NCBI RefSeq assembly: GCF_000014785.1
Contig: NC_008340.1
Coordinates: forward strand, 2,850,001-2,882,000
From: Alkalilimnicola ehrlichii MLHE-1
GTDB taxonomy: Bacteria; Pseudomonadota; Gammaproteobacteria; Nitrococcales; Halorhodospiraceae
Length of the DNA stretch: 32,000 nt
Direction: 5' to 3'
Shown here: positions 11,112-19,567 of the stretch, piece by piece
Position numbering within the stretch: the first letter of the stretch is position 1
Layout: every line of letters starts with the position of its first letter
The notes under the pieces: generated by a model
Databases searched by the model: none
What the model was told of the DNA's origin: nothing
Seen by the model: the letters and a program-made list of their open reading frames with translations, nothing else
Position numbers and translations under genes: made by a program

Positions 11112-12965
11112 TTACTGAGATGGACCCTCGTCCAGGGCCCGCAGTTCCGCGCTCTCCCGATCAGTGAGGGCGCCACGGCTGGCTTTCTCCCGCAAGTATT
11201 GCAGTCTTCGCCGTTGCATCAACGTACGAAGCTTGTCCTTGGCCGCATCAAAATCCCGCTCTTCATCGAGCTCGGCGCGAAGTTCGCTGGTCTGGCGACT
11301 GCTGCAGGCCTGGCGAATGCGCTCGAGGCAGTCGGTGAACTCCCCCTCGAGATCGCCCCCCGGCAGCTCCCAGGTGGCCAGCCGCCAGAGGGCGGCCTCC
11401 TGCGGATGCCCCTGAAAGCGCTGCAACAGCCCCGCAGTGTTTACATCGGGGTGATCCCGGGCGATTTCAAGGATCTGCCGCAACAGATCCAGGCCCGGCA
11501 AGTCCCCATGCAATTGGTCCAGCGGGCCGGCATGGGCCACCAGGGCGGGCCGTTGCAGCAGCAGGGTGAGGGCCTGGCGCACCGGGGTCCGGCGCACCAT
11601 CGCCGCACCCCGCCCGCCGCCCGCCGGACGGCGGGCGGCGGGCGGGCGCTCCGGCGCCGTGGGCCGTGCGCCTTCGCCGCCCTGCTCCACCGCCTGCTCG
11701 ATCCGCCCGACGCCGGTATGGGCCAGCTCGGCCAGCTTCTCGACGTAAAAGTCCCGGTAGATTCCGACCGGCAGTCGTCGCACCAACGGCACCGCCTTCT
11801 GCACCAGCCGGGCCCGGTCGTCCACCGCATCCAGCCGCAACCCGTCGGCCAGCTCCTCCAGGCTGTACTCGGCCAAAGGCCGGGTCTCCCGCTCCAGCCG
11901 CCGGAGGAAGGCCTCCGCACCCTCGGCACGCACCAGACTGTCCGGGTCCTCGCCCTCGGGGAGCAGCAGGATCTCCACCGAGCGCCCCTCGCGCATGGCC
12001 GGCAGGCTGTTCTCCACCGCTCGCCACGCCGCCTGACGGCCGGCGCGGTCGCCGTCGAAACAGAACACCACCCGATCGGTGGCGCGGAACAAGCGACTGA
12101 CCTGATCGGGGGTGACCGCGGTCCCCAGGGTGGCTACCGCCCCCTGGACCCCGTGCTGGGCCAGCGCCACCACGTCCATGTACCCCTCCACCACCAGCAG
12201 CAGTGGCGGGTTGCGTTGGGCCTGCACCGCTTCGTACAAACCGTAGAGCTCGCGGCCCTTGTGAAAGACGGGTGTCTCCGGCGAGTTGAGATACTTGGGC
12301 TCCCCGTCGCCCAGCACCCGGCCACCAAAACCCACCACCGTGCCCCGCCGGTTTCGGATCGGGAACATGACCCGATCGCGGAAACGGTCATAGACGCGGC
12401 CGCCGTCACGCTCGATGAGCAGCCCCGCCTCCACCAGGTCGGCCTGGCGGTCGCGGTGGCGCTTGAGCAGGTTGTCCCAGCCGGGCGGGGCAAAGCCCAG
12501 CGCGAAGCGGGCGGCGATATCGCCGGACAGCCCACGCCGCTTCAGGTAGTCCACCGCCTTCGCGCTGGCCGGGTGCCGGCGCAGCGCCTCCTGATAGTAG
12601 ATGGCGGCCTCCGCCAGCACATGGTAGAGCCGGGCGTGGCGGTCGGGGACGGGCGCGGCGGCGGCGGCGGCCGGCAGCTCCATCCCTGCCTGGCGGGCCA
12701 GGTACTCCACCGCCTCCCGGAAATCCATCCGCTCGTAGTCCATCAGAAAGCGGATGGCGGTGCCGTGCGCGCCACAGCCGAAACAGTGGTAGAACTGCTT
12801 GGCCGGGGCCACGGTGAAGGAAGGGGTCTTTTCGCTGTGGAAGGGACAGAGACCGAGCAGGTTGGCGCCGGTCTTTTTCAGGCGCACACGGGCACCCACC
12901 ACCTCGGTGATATCCGTGCGGTGGAGCAGTTCGTCGATAAACTCGTCGGGAATCCTGCCGGACAT
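11112..12965 (-). CDS. dnaG: DNA primase DnaG
   Basis: 617 aa: zinc-binding LCPFHSEKTPSFTVAPAKQFYHCFGCGAHG, Toprim EGYMDVVALAQHGVQGAVATLGTA, FDGDRAGRQAAWRA. Confidence 0.98.
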   Translation of the reverse strand: MSGRIPDEFIDELLHRTDITEVVGARVRLKKTGANLLGLCPFHSEKTPSFTVAPAKQFYHCFGCGAHGTAIRFLMDYERMDFREAVEYLARQAGMELPAAAAAAPVPDRHARLYHVLAEAAIYYQEALRRHPASAKAVDYLKRRGLSGDIAARFALGFAPPGWDNLLKRHRDRQADLVEAGLLIERDGGRVYDRFRDRVMFPIRNRRGTVVGFGGRVLGDGEPKYLNSPETPVFHKGRELYGLYEAVQAQRNPPLLLVVEGYMDVVALAQHGVQGAVATLGTAVTPDQVSRLFRATDRVVFCFDGDRAGRQAAWRAVENSLPAMREGRSVEILLLPEGEDPDSLVRAEGAEAFLRRLERETRPLAEYSLEELADGLRLDAVDDRARLVQKAVPLVRRLPVGIYRDFYVEKLAELAHTGVGRIEQAVEQGGEGARPTAPERPPAARRPAGGGRGAAMVRRTPVRQALTLLLQRPALVAHAGPLDQLHGDLPGLDLLRQILEIARDHPDVNTAGLLQRFQGHPQEAALWRLATWELPGGDLEGEFTDCLERIRQACSSRQTSELRAELDEERDFDAAKDKLRTLMQRRRLQYLREKASRGALTDRESAELRALDEGPSQ

Positions 12966-13011
12966 ATCACCCCGGGCTGTGTGGCGCGGGCGACACCGAC
13001 CGGCACAGGGC

Positions 13012-13470
13012 TCAGCTCGCCAGTCGGGCCTTCACCATCTTGCTGACCGCACCCATGTCGGCCCGGCCCTGGACCTGGGGCTTGAGCTGCCCCATGACCC
13101 GACCCATGTCCTGCATGCCCCCGGCGCCGGTGTCGGCAATGACCTGGTCGACCATCGCCTGCAGCTCGGCCTCGCTCAGGGGCTGGGACATGAACCCGGC
13201 GAGCACGTCCAGCTCGGCCTCTTCCACCGCCGCCAGGTCATCCCGCCCGGCGTCGCGATACTGCGCAATCGACTCACGCCGCTGCTTGACCATGCGGGTC
13301 AGCACCTCGAGCACCTGGACATCGTCCAGCTCGGTGCGCTCGTCCACTTCGCGCTGCTTGACCGCGGCGGTCACCATGCGGAGTACGCCAAGACGGGTCT
13401 TGTCCCTGGCTCGCATGGCGTCCTTGACCGCCTGCTGCAGGCGGGTTTTCAGTTCGCTGGCCGCGGCCAT
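13012..13470 (-). CDS. GatB/YqeY domain-containing protein
   Basis: 152 aa: LKTRLQQAVKDAMRARDKTRLGVLRMVTAAVKQREVDER...; located between rpsU and dnaG as in many gammaproteobacteria. Confidence 0.93.
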   Translation of the reverse strand: MAAASELKTRLQQAVKDAMRARDKTRLGVLRMVTAAVKQREVDERTELDDVQVLEVLTRMVKQRRESIAQYRDAGRDDLAAVEEAELDVLAGFMSQPLSEAELQAMVDQVIADTGAGGMQDMGRVMGQLKPQVQGRADMGAVSKMVKARLAS

Positions 13471-13496
13471 CTGCTGCTACCCGATCAACCGCGAGG

Positions 13497-13712
13497 TCAG
13501 TAGAGACGCCGCCGACGGGCCTGTTCGCGAGACAGGCGCTTCATGTGACGCTTGACCGCGGCAGCCGCCTTGCGCTTGCGCTCCTGGGTCGGCTTCTCGT
13601 AATGCTCCCGGCGACGGATCTCGGACAGGACACCCGCCTTTTCGCAGGAGCGCTTGAAACGCCGCAGCGCCACCTCGAAGGGCTCGTTTTCGCGAACCTT
13701 AACTATCGGCAT
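13497..13712 (-). CDS. rpsU: 30S ribosomal protein S21
   Basis: 71 aa: [59 protein letters not shown]. Confidence 0.98.
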   Translation of the reverse strand: MPIVKVRENEPFEVALRRFKRSCEKAGVLSEIRRREHYEKPTQERKRKAAAAVKRHMKRLSREQARRRRLY

Positions 13713-13837
13713 GCGTGATCACACCCTTTAAATGCTGTTGAGAATTGTCGGATTACCCCTGTACACGGGGTGAAGGCGCGGTATTCTATCCGCCCCCTGC
13801 AGCGAATGCAAAATCCTTAAGCGGAAGAAGATAGCAC

Positions 13838-14857
13838 ATGCGCGTACTTGGTGTGGAAAGCTCCTGCGACGAGACCGGCCTGGCCATCTACGACAGCGCC
13901 CAGGGCCTGATGGCGCACGCCCTGCACAGTCAGGTGGCCACCCACGCGGAATACGGCGGCGTGGTGCCGGAGCTGGCCTCCCGCGATCATGTCCGGCGGG
14001 TGGTGCCACTGACCCGGCGGGTACTGGCCGAGGCCGGGTGCCGGCTGCGGGATATCGATGCGGTGGCCTACACCCGCGGCCCCGGCCTGGTGGGCGCGCT
14101 GATGGTGGGCGCCGGCATGGCGCGCAGCCTGGCCTGGGGGCTGGGGGTCCCAGCCCTGGGCGTACACCACATGGAGGCCCACCTGCTCGCGCCCATGCTG
14201 GAGCCAAACCCGCCGGCCTTCCCCTTCGTGGCCCTGCTGGTCTCCGGCGGCCACACGCTATTGGTCCAGGTGGCAGGCGTGGGCCGCTACCGCGTGCTGG
14301 GCGAGACCCTGGATGACGCAGCGGGCGAGGCCTTCGACAAGACCGCCAAGCTGCTCGGCCTGCCCTACCCTGGCGGTCCGGAGCTGGAGAAACTCGCGGA
14401 GTCGGGTGACCCGGGGCGCTACCGCTTCCCCCGGCCGATGACCGACCGCCCCGGGCTGGATTTCAGCTTCAGTGGGCTCAAGACCCGGGTGCTGCAGACC
14501 GTGCAGCAGAGCCGGGAGGCGGACCGGGCGGACATCGCCGCGGCCTTCCAGTCGGCGGTGGTGGATACCCTGGTTATCAAGTGCCGGCGGGCGCTGCGGG
14601 CGACCGGCAGCCAGCGGCTGGTGATCTCCGGCGGTGTGGGGGCCAATGGTCTGTTGCGTGAGCAGATGCGCGCCATGGCGGATCAGGCGGGGGCCAGCCT
14701 GCATTACCCGCGGTTGGCGCTGTGTACCGACAACGGCGCCATGGTGGCCTACACCGGCTGGTGCCGCCTGAGCGAGGGCCAGCACGACGATCTGGACTTC
14801 AGTGTCACCGCCCGCTGGCCGCTGGCCGATCTGACCCCGCCCGGGCAGCCGGTCTGA
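13838..14857 (+). CDS. tsaD: tRNA N6-adenosine threonylcarbamoyltransferase TsaD
   Basis: 339 aa: [51 protein letters not shown]. Confidence 0.98.
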   Translation: MRVLGVESSCDETGLAIYDSAQGLMAHALHSQVATHAEYGGVVPELASRDHVRRVVPLTRRVLAEAGCRLRDIDAVAYTRGPGLVGALMVGAGMARSLAWGLGVPALGVHHMEAHLLAPMLEPNPPAFPFVALLVSGGHTLLVQVAGVGRYRVLGETLDDAAGEAFDKTAKLLGLPYPGGPELEKLAESGDPGRYRFPRPMTDRPGLDFSFSGLKTRVLQTVQQSREADRADIAAAFQSAVVDTLVIKCRRALRATGSQRLVISGGVGANGLLREQMRAMADQAGASLHYPRLALCTDNGAMVAYTGWCRLSEGQHDDLDFSVTARWPLADLTPPGQPV

Positions 14858-14881
14858 GCCGGGGCTCAGGCCTTACGCTGT

Positions 14882-15493
14882 TCAGGCCTTGCGCTGCCCG
14901 ATCTTCGGCTCCTCGCCGGCGGCCAACCGTTTGAGGTTGCCCCGGTGGCGCCACCAACTGAAGACGGTAACGACGAACATGCAGGTGGTGAACGCGACGC
15001 TGCCGGTGACGAGGGCCAGCCAGATCGGCGCCAGCACAAAGGCGACCAGGGCGGCCATGGAGGAGTAACGGAACACCCCCGCCACCAGCAGCCAGGTGGC
15101 GCCGGTCAGTAGCAGCGAGACCGGCGACCAGCCCAACAGCACCCCCAGCCCGGTGGCCACCCCCTTGCCACCGTGGAAGCCGAAGAAGACCGGGAACAGG
15201 TGACCCAGAAAGGCCGCTACGCCGACGAAACCGATCCCCCAGTCACCGTCGAGCAACCACAGGGCCACCAGCACCGGCAGTGTCCCCTTCACCCAGTCGA
15301 AGGCGAGGGTGAGCCCGGCCGGCACCTTACCGCCCAGGCGCAGCACGTTGGTGGCCCCGGGGTTCCCGGACCCCTCCCGGCGCGGATCCGGCAAGCCGAA
15401 GGCCTTGCAGACGAGCACGGCCGAGGAGATCGAGCCGAACAGGTAGGCGGCGATGATAAGCAGTATGGTCATGATCATGACGCTGTATTCCAA
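14882..15493 (-). CDS. plsY: glycerol-3-phosphate 1-O-acyltransferase PlsY
   Basis: 203 aa: YLFGSISSAVLVCKAFGLPDPRREGSGNPGATNVLRLGGK, LGHLFPVFFGFHGGKGVATGLGVLLG. Exact start among the closely spaced Met codons is uncertain. Confidence 0.95.
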   Translation of the reverse strand: MEYSVMIMTILLIIAAYLFGSISSAVLVCKAFGLPDPRREGSGNPGATNVLRLGGKVPAGLTLAFDWVKGTLPVLVALWLLDGDWGIGFVGVAAFLGHLFPVFFGFHGGKGVATGLGVLLGWSPVSLLLTGATWLLVAGVFRYSSMAALVAFVLAPIWLALVTGSVAFTTCMFVVTVFSWWRHRGNLKRLAAGEEPKIGQRKA

Positions 15494-15553
15494 TGCGCCG
15501 CGCGCCCCGGGTCAAGTGGCAGGGTGCACCGGCTGGCAATGTGCAACGGCACC

Positions 15554-15755
15554 GCCGGCCTGCCGTGCCGGGGCGGGTGGATCGCTGGGGCGACTTATGC
15601 GCACCGAGCAACGCAGCAAAAAGTCGGAAAAAAGGCGCGCCTGTCCGAGCGAAGCGAGTTCGCGCCGCCGACTTTTTGTGAGTAGCGCAGGGCACCCCGA
15701 AGGGGTGCGCATTTGGAGCCCCAGCGATCCACCCGCCCCGGCACGGCAGGCCGGC
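15554..15755 (+). repeat. Nested covarying palindromic element, copy A
   Basis: 38 bp perfect outer arms GCCGGCCTGCCGTGCCGGGGCGGGTGGATCGCTGGGGC (15554-15591) and its reverse complement (15718-15755). The 126 bp core has inner arms CAAAAAGTCGG / CCGACTTTTTG. Confidence 0.95.
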
Positions 15756-15863
15756 ACCCCGAAGGGGTGCACAATAACGGGACGCTAGCAAACGTGGTCC
15801 GCACGATTTGGCGCACTAACCGCAACTCGCTATAGTGCCCGCTTTGCACCACCCGGAGCCGTC

Positions 15864-16220
15864 ATGGACACCGTCTTTCTACGCGAGATTCGCCTGGAGA
15901 CCACCATAGGCGTCACCGCCTGGGAGCGACAGGTGCGCCAGACCCTATTACTCGACCTGGACCTGGGCACCGACATCCGGCCGGCCGCCGAGAGTGACGA
16001 CCTGGCAGCCGCCGTCGACTACGCCGCGGTCGCGCAGTTCGTGCAGACCCTCGCCGCCGAGGGCGAATGCCAACTCCTCGAAACCCTGGCGGAGCATATC
16101 GCTGACGAATTGCGCACCCGGTTCGACCTGCCCTGGGTGCGCCTGCGGTTGAGCAAGCCCGGCATCCTGCCCCGGTGCCGCACCGTCGGCGTCTGCATCG
16201 AGCGGGGGACCCGGCCATGA
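15864..16220 (+). CDS. folB: dihydroneopterin aldolase
   Basis: 118 aa: MDTVFLREIRLETTIGVTAWERQVRQTLLLDLDLGTDI; followed by folK. Confidence 0.95.
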   Translation: MDTVFLREIRLETTIGVTAWERQVRQTLLLDLDLGTDIRPAAESDDLAAAVDYAAVAQFVQTLAAEGECQLLETLAEHIADELRTRFDLPWVRLRLSKPGILPRCRTVGVCIERGTRP

Positions 16221-16705
16221 CCCGCGTCTACGTCAGCATCGGCAGTAATATCGAGCCCGACTACCACGTCCGGGCCGCGGTGCGGGCCCTGCGCGAGCGC
16301 TTCGGCGAGTTGGTCGTCTCCCCCGTCTACCGCAACCCGGCGGTGGGCTTCGACGGCAACGACTTCTACAACCTGGCGGTGGGCTTCGACACCGACCTTG
16401 AGCCCGAGGCACTCGCCGACTGGTTCCGCGAGCTGGAGGCCAAGTACGGCCGGCGCCGCGGCGAGGGCAAGTTTGCCGCCCGCACCCTGGACCTGGACCT
16501 GCTCACCTGGGACCAGGCGGTGATCGACCGGCCCGGGCTGCGCCTGCCGCGTGATGAAATCCTTCGCTACGCCTTTGTGCTCAAACCCCTGGCCGACATC
16601 GCCGGTGACGAGCACCACCCGGAGCTGCACCGAAGCTACCGGGACCTGTGGGCCGACTTTCAGGGCGAGCACGAGGGCATGACCCGCCTGGAGCTGACCC
16701 CATGA
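16217..16705 (+). CDS. folK: 2-amino-4-hydroxy-6-hydroxymethyldihydropteridine diphosphokinase
   Basis: From ATG 16217: MTRVYVSIGSNIEPDYHVRAAVRAL..., GRRRGEGKFAARTLDLDLLTWD, LPRDEILRYAFVLKPLADI. Confidence 0.96.
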   Translation: MTRVYVSIGSNIEPDYHVRAAVRALRERFGELVVSPVYRNPAVGFDGNDFYNLAVGFDTDLEPEALADWFRELEAKYGRRRGEGKFAARTLDLDLLTWDQAVIDRPGLRLPRDEILRYAFVLKPLADIAGDEHHPELHRSYRDLWADFQGEHEGMTRLELTP

Positions 16706-17913
16706 CCCGGCAACGCCACCCGGCCCTCGACCTGCCCGAGCCCGATGCCAGCGCCCGCGCCCACAGCGAGGCCCTGCAGGCGCGGATCCGCGACGCCATC
16801 CGATCCGCCGGCGGCTGGCTGCCGTTCGACCGCTACATGGGCATGGCCCTGTACGAGCCCGGACTGGGTTACTACAGCGCCGGCGCGCCGCGCTTCGGCG
16901 AAGGTGGCGACTTCACCACCGCACCGCTCATCTCGCCACTTTTCAGCCGCACCCTGGCCCACACCGTACAGCGCGCCCTGCAGGCCCTGGAGCTCGCCAC
17001 CGGCCAGGGCGAGGTGCTGGAACTGGGCGCCGGCAGCGGACGGATGGCCGCCGACATCCTGCTGGAGCTGGAGCGGCTGGGGCAGCTTCCCGCCCGCTAC
17101 CTCATCCTCGAGGTCAGCGCCGCCCTGCGCCAGGAACAGCACCGCACCCTGGGTGAACACGCCCCCCACCTGCTCGACCGGGTGGAGTGGCTGGAACAGC
17201 TCCCGGAACACCCCATTACCGGCGCCCTCCTCGCCAACGAAGTCCTCGACGCCCTGCCCTTTCGCTGCTTCGAGCGCGGGCGCGACGACATCCTGGAACG
17301 CGGCGTGGCGCTGGACGACGACGACCACCCGCAGTGGGCCACCCGTCCCGCCGATGAGCCCCTGGCCGGCCACGTCCGCCACATCGAGGCCGAGACCGGC
17401 CGGCGGCTGCCCCCCGGTTACCGCAGCGAGTGCCTGCCGCAACTGGCCGATTGGCTGCGCGACACCACCCGCTGCCTGGCGCGGGGCCTGGTACTCTACA
17501 TCGATTACGGCTACCCCCGGCGCGAGTACTACCTGCCCGACCGCCACATGGGCACCCTGCTCTGCCACTACCGCCACCGCGCCCACGAGGACCCTTTCCT
17601 CTGGCCCGGGCTGCAGGACATCACCGCCTTCGTCGACTTCACGGCCGTGGCCGAGGCGGCACTGGCCGCCGACCTGGACGTGCTCGGCTTCACCAGCCAG
17701 GCCCAATACCTGCTCGCCGCCGGCCTGGCGCACCTGGCCGACGAGGCCATGGCGCAGCACGACGACGACATGCACCGCCTTCAGATCGCGCAACAGGTCC
17801 GCCGCCTCACCCTGCCCTCCGAACTGGGCGAGCGCTTCAAGGTCCTGCCCCTGGGCCGCGACCTGGCCCCCCTGCCGGAATTCATCCGCACCGACCAGCG
17901 CCACCGCCTTTGA
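16702..17913 (+). CDS. class I SAM-dependent methyltransferase, MidA/NDUFAF7-like (DUF185)
   Basis: From ATG 16702: GWLPFDRYMGMALYEPGLGYYSAG..FGEGGDFTTAPLISPLFSRTLA, VLELGAGSGRMAADIL, GALLANEVLDALPFRCF, LYIDYGYPRREYY. Confidence 0.92.
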   Translation: MTRQRHPALDLPEPDASARAHSEALQARIRDAIRSAGGWLPFDRYMGMALYEPGLGYYSAGAPRFGEGGDFTTAPLISPLFSRTLAHTVQRALQALELATGQGEVLELGAGSGRMAADILLELERLGQLPARYLILEVSAALRQEQHRTLGEHAPHLLDRVEWLEQLPEHPITGALLANEVLDALPFRCFERGRDDILERGVALDDDDHPQWATRPADEPLAGHVRHIEAETGRRLPPGYRSECLPQLADWLRDTTRCLARGLVLYIDYGYPRREYYLPDRHMGTLLCHYRHRAHEDPFLWPGLQDITAFVDFTAVAEAALAADLDVLGFTSQAQYLLAAGLAHLADEAMAQHDDDMHRLQIAQQVRRLTLPSELGERFKVLPLGRDLAPLPEFIRTDQRHRL

Positions 17914-17927
17914 TGCAGACTGACGCC

Positions 17928-18123
17928 GGCGGTGGGCCGACGGGGCCCCATCCGCCAGGGCGACTTTTGCGCACCGAGCATCGCAGCTTTCAGGGGGAAA
18001 AAAGCGCGCGCCTGTCCGAGCGAAGCGAGTTCGCGCGCTCCCCCTGAAAGCGAGAAGCACAGGGGACCCCGAAGGGGTGCGCAATCGGAGCCCAGGCGGA
18101 TGGGGCCCCGTCGGCCCACCGCC
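17928..18123 (+). repeat. Nested covarying palindromic element, copy B
   Basis: 34 bp outer arms GGCGGTGGGCCGACGGGGCCCCATCCGCCAGGGC (17928-17961) and GCCCAGGCGGATGGGGCCCCGTCGGCCCACCGCC (18090-18123), with one mismatch. Inner arms CTTTCAGGGGG / CCCCCTGAAAG. Confidence 0.95.
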
Positions 18124-18199
18124 CCAAGTTGCACAACCCCCCTATCAAGCCTATAGATAGGAGCAGGCGCACCAACACACCCGACGGGGGAGAACCGCA

Positions 18200-18490
18200 A
18201 TGGCCTGGCAGAACCCACCGGAGGTCGGTGCCTGGTACATGGACCACCTGGGCCGTACCTTCGAGGTCGTCGCCTCGGACGAACAAGACGAAACCGTCGA
18301 GATCCAATACATGGACGGCGACGTGGAGGAACTGGACCTGGAGACCTGGGCCGAATTCCGCAAGGAGCGCGTGGAACCACCGGAGGACTGGGTCGCCTCG
18401 ATGGACATGGACCCCAACCTGGAAGGCTGGAACCACCTGCACGGTGACCCGGTTCAACAGGCCCTGGATACCCTGGAACGCCAGGAGTGA
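18200..18490 (+). CDS. small acidic conserved hypothetical protein (possibly DUF6763-like)
   Basis: 96 aa: MAWQNPPEVGAWYMDHLGRTFEVVASDEQDETVEIQYMDGDVEELDLETWAEFRKERVEPPEDWVASMDMDPNLEGW; coding-like composition, directly upstream of nfi. Family name is from memory. Confidence 0.75.
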   Translation: MAWQNPPEVGAWYMDHLGRTFEVVASDEQDETVEIQYMDGDVEELDLETWAEFRKERVEPPEDWVASMDMDPNLEGWNHLHGDPVQQALDTLERQE

Positions 18491-18499
18491 GGCAAGGCC

Positions 18500-19183
18500 A
18501 TGGGTGTCAGCATCCGCGCACTACACCCCTGGGCCGTGGATGCCGCTGAAGGCCGCCGCCTGCAACAGACCCTGCGTGAGCAGCTCTGCCTAAAGACCCC
18601 GCGTGGCTTCCGCCCCCGGCTGGTCGCCGGCGTGGACGCCGGCGTCGTGGACGGTGGGCGCACCATCCGCGCCGCCGTGGTGGTGATGTCGTTACCCGAC
18701 CTGGCCGTGGTCACCCAGAGCGTGGCCCGGGCCCCGGCGATCATGCCCTACGTCCCCGGTCTGCTCTCCTTCCGGGAACTACCCGGCGTGGTGCGCGCGC
18801 TGGAACAACTGGACGTCACCCCCGAGCTGCTGCTCTGCGACGGGCAGGGCATCGCCCACCCGCGCCGCCTGGGCATAGCCGCCCATCTCGGCCTGATCAC
18901 CGACCTGCCGGCCATCGGCGTGGGTAAGAGCCGCCTGGTGGGCACCTACCGCGAGCCCCGACCGGAAAAGGGCGCCACCAGCGGCCTCTACGACGGCCAT
19001 GAGCGTATCGGCACGGTGCTGCGCAGTCGCGACCACGTCCGCCCGCTCTACGTCTCCCCCGGTCATCGGATCAGCCACGAGGATGCCGTACACTGGGTGC
19101 TCACCTGCTGCACCCGCTACCGTCTACCCGAACCGCAACGGGCTGCCGACCGACTCGCGTCCGCCAAGGAAGCGCCTGCATGA
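18500..19183 (+). CDS. nfi: endonuclease V (deoxyinosine 3' endonuclease)
   Basis: 227 aa: RLVAGVDAGVVDGGRTIRAAVVVMSLPDLAVV, PYVPGLLSFRELPGVVRALEQL, LLLCDGQGIAHPRRLGIAAHLGLITDLPAIGVGKSRLVG. Confidence 0.93.
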   Translation: MGVSIRALHPWAVDAAEGRRLQQTLREQLCLKTPRGFRPRLVAGVDAGVVDGGRTIRAAVVVMSLPDLAVVTQSVARAPAIMPYVPGLLSFRELPGVVRALEQLDVTPELLLCDGQGIAHPRRLGIAAHLGLITDLPAIGVGKSRLVGTYREPRPEKGATSGLYDGHERIGTVLRSRDHVRPLYVSPGHRISHEDAVHWVLTCCTRYRLPEPQRAADRLASAKEAPA

Positions 19184-19563
19184 ACCTGGAAAAAGTCGTC
19201 TTCGGATTCTTCATCCTGCTGGCCCTGACCCTCAACTTCGGCTTCTTCATCGGCGAGATCGACAACCCGGAACACCACGCGGTATACGAGCTCTACGCCG
19301 CCATCGTGGTCAACCTGATCGCCACCGTCCTAAAGTTCGGGGAACGCACGCAGATCGGCGCCATCCTGCTGGCCTCCAGCCTGGTGGCCGACCTGCAACT
19401 GATCGCCGCCGCAGTGCTCTGGGGGGTCGCCGTTTACGGCACCGAGGTGGGGCTGACGCCCATGGTCACCGCCAGCATCGTCTCGCTCTCCGGCGGCGCC
19501 CTGCTCGCCAACCTGGTCTCGGTGACCCTGTTGATCATCGAGACGACCAAGATGCACCGCTAG
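19180..19563 (+). CDS. small integral membrane protein coupled to nfi and the downstream channel gene
   Basis: 127 aa, several hydrophobic segments: MNLEKVVFGFFILLALTLNFGFFIGEIDN..., LYAAIVVNLIATVLKF, AILLASSLVADLQLIAAAVLWGVAVYG. ATGA overlap with nfi, 4 bp gap to the channel gene. Confidence 0.8.
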   Translation: MNLEKVVFGFFILLALTLNFGFFIGEIDNPEHHAVYELYAAIVVNLIATVLKFGERTQIGAILLASSLVADLQLIAAAVLWGVAVYGTEVGLTPMVTASIVSLSGGALLANLVSVTLLIIETTKMHR

Positions 19564-19567
19564 CACC

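Noticed and set aside
15554-15755. Retron or integron attC interpretation
   Set aside because: No reverse transcriptase or integrase gene is present and conserved attC core sites were not seen. The nested palindrome alone is not enough.
15512-15791. Overlapping ORFs with ARLSERSEFA / ACPSEASSRAPP / RARFARTGAPFF peptides here and at 17781-18156, 27844-28077 and 31184-31907
   Set aside because: These are six-frame translations of the palindromic repeat core (CCGAGCGAAGCGAGTTCGCGC), not proteins. The shared peptides reflect the repeat and should not be annotated.
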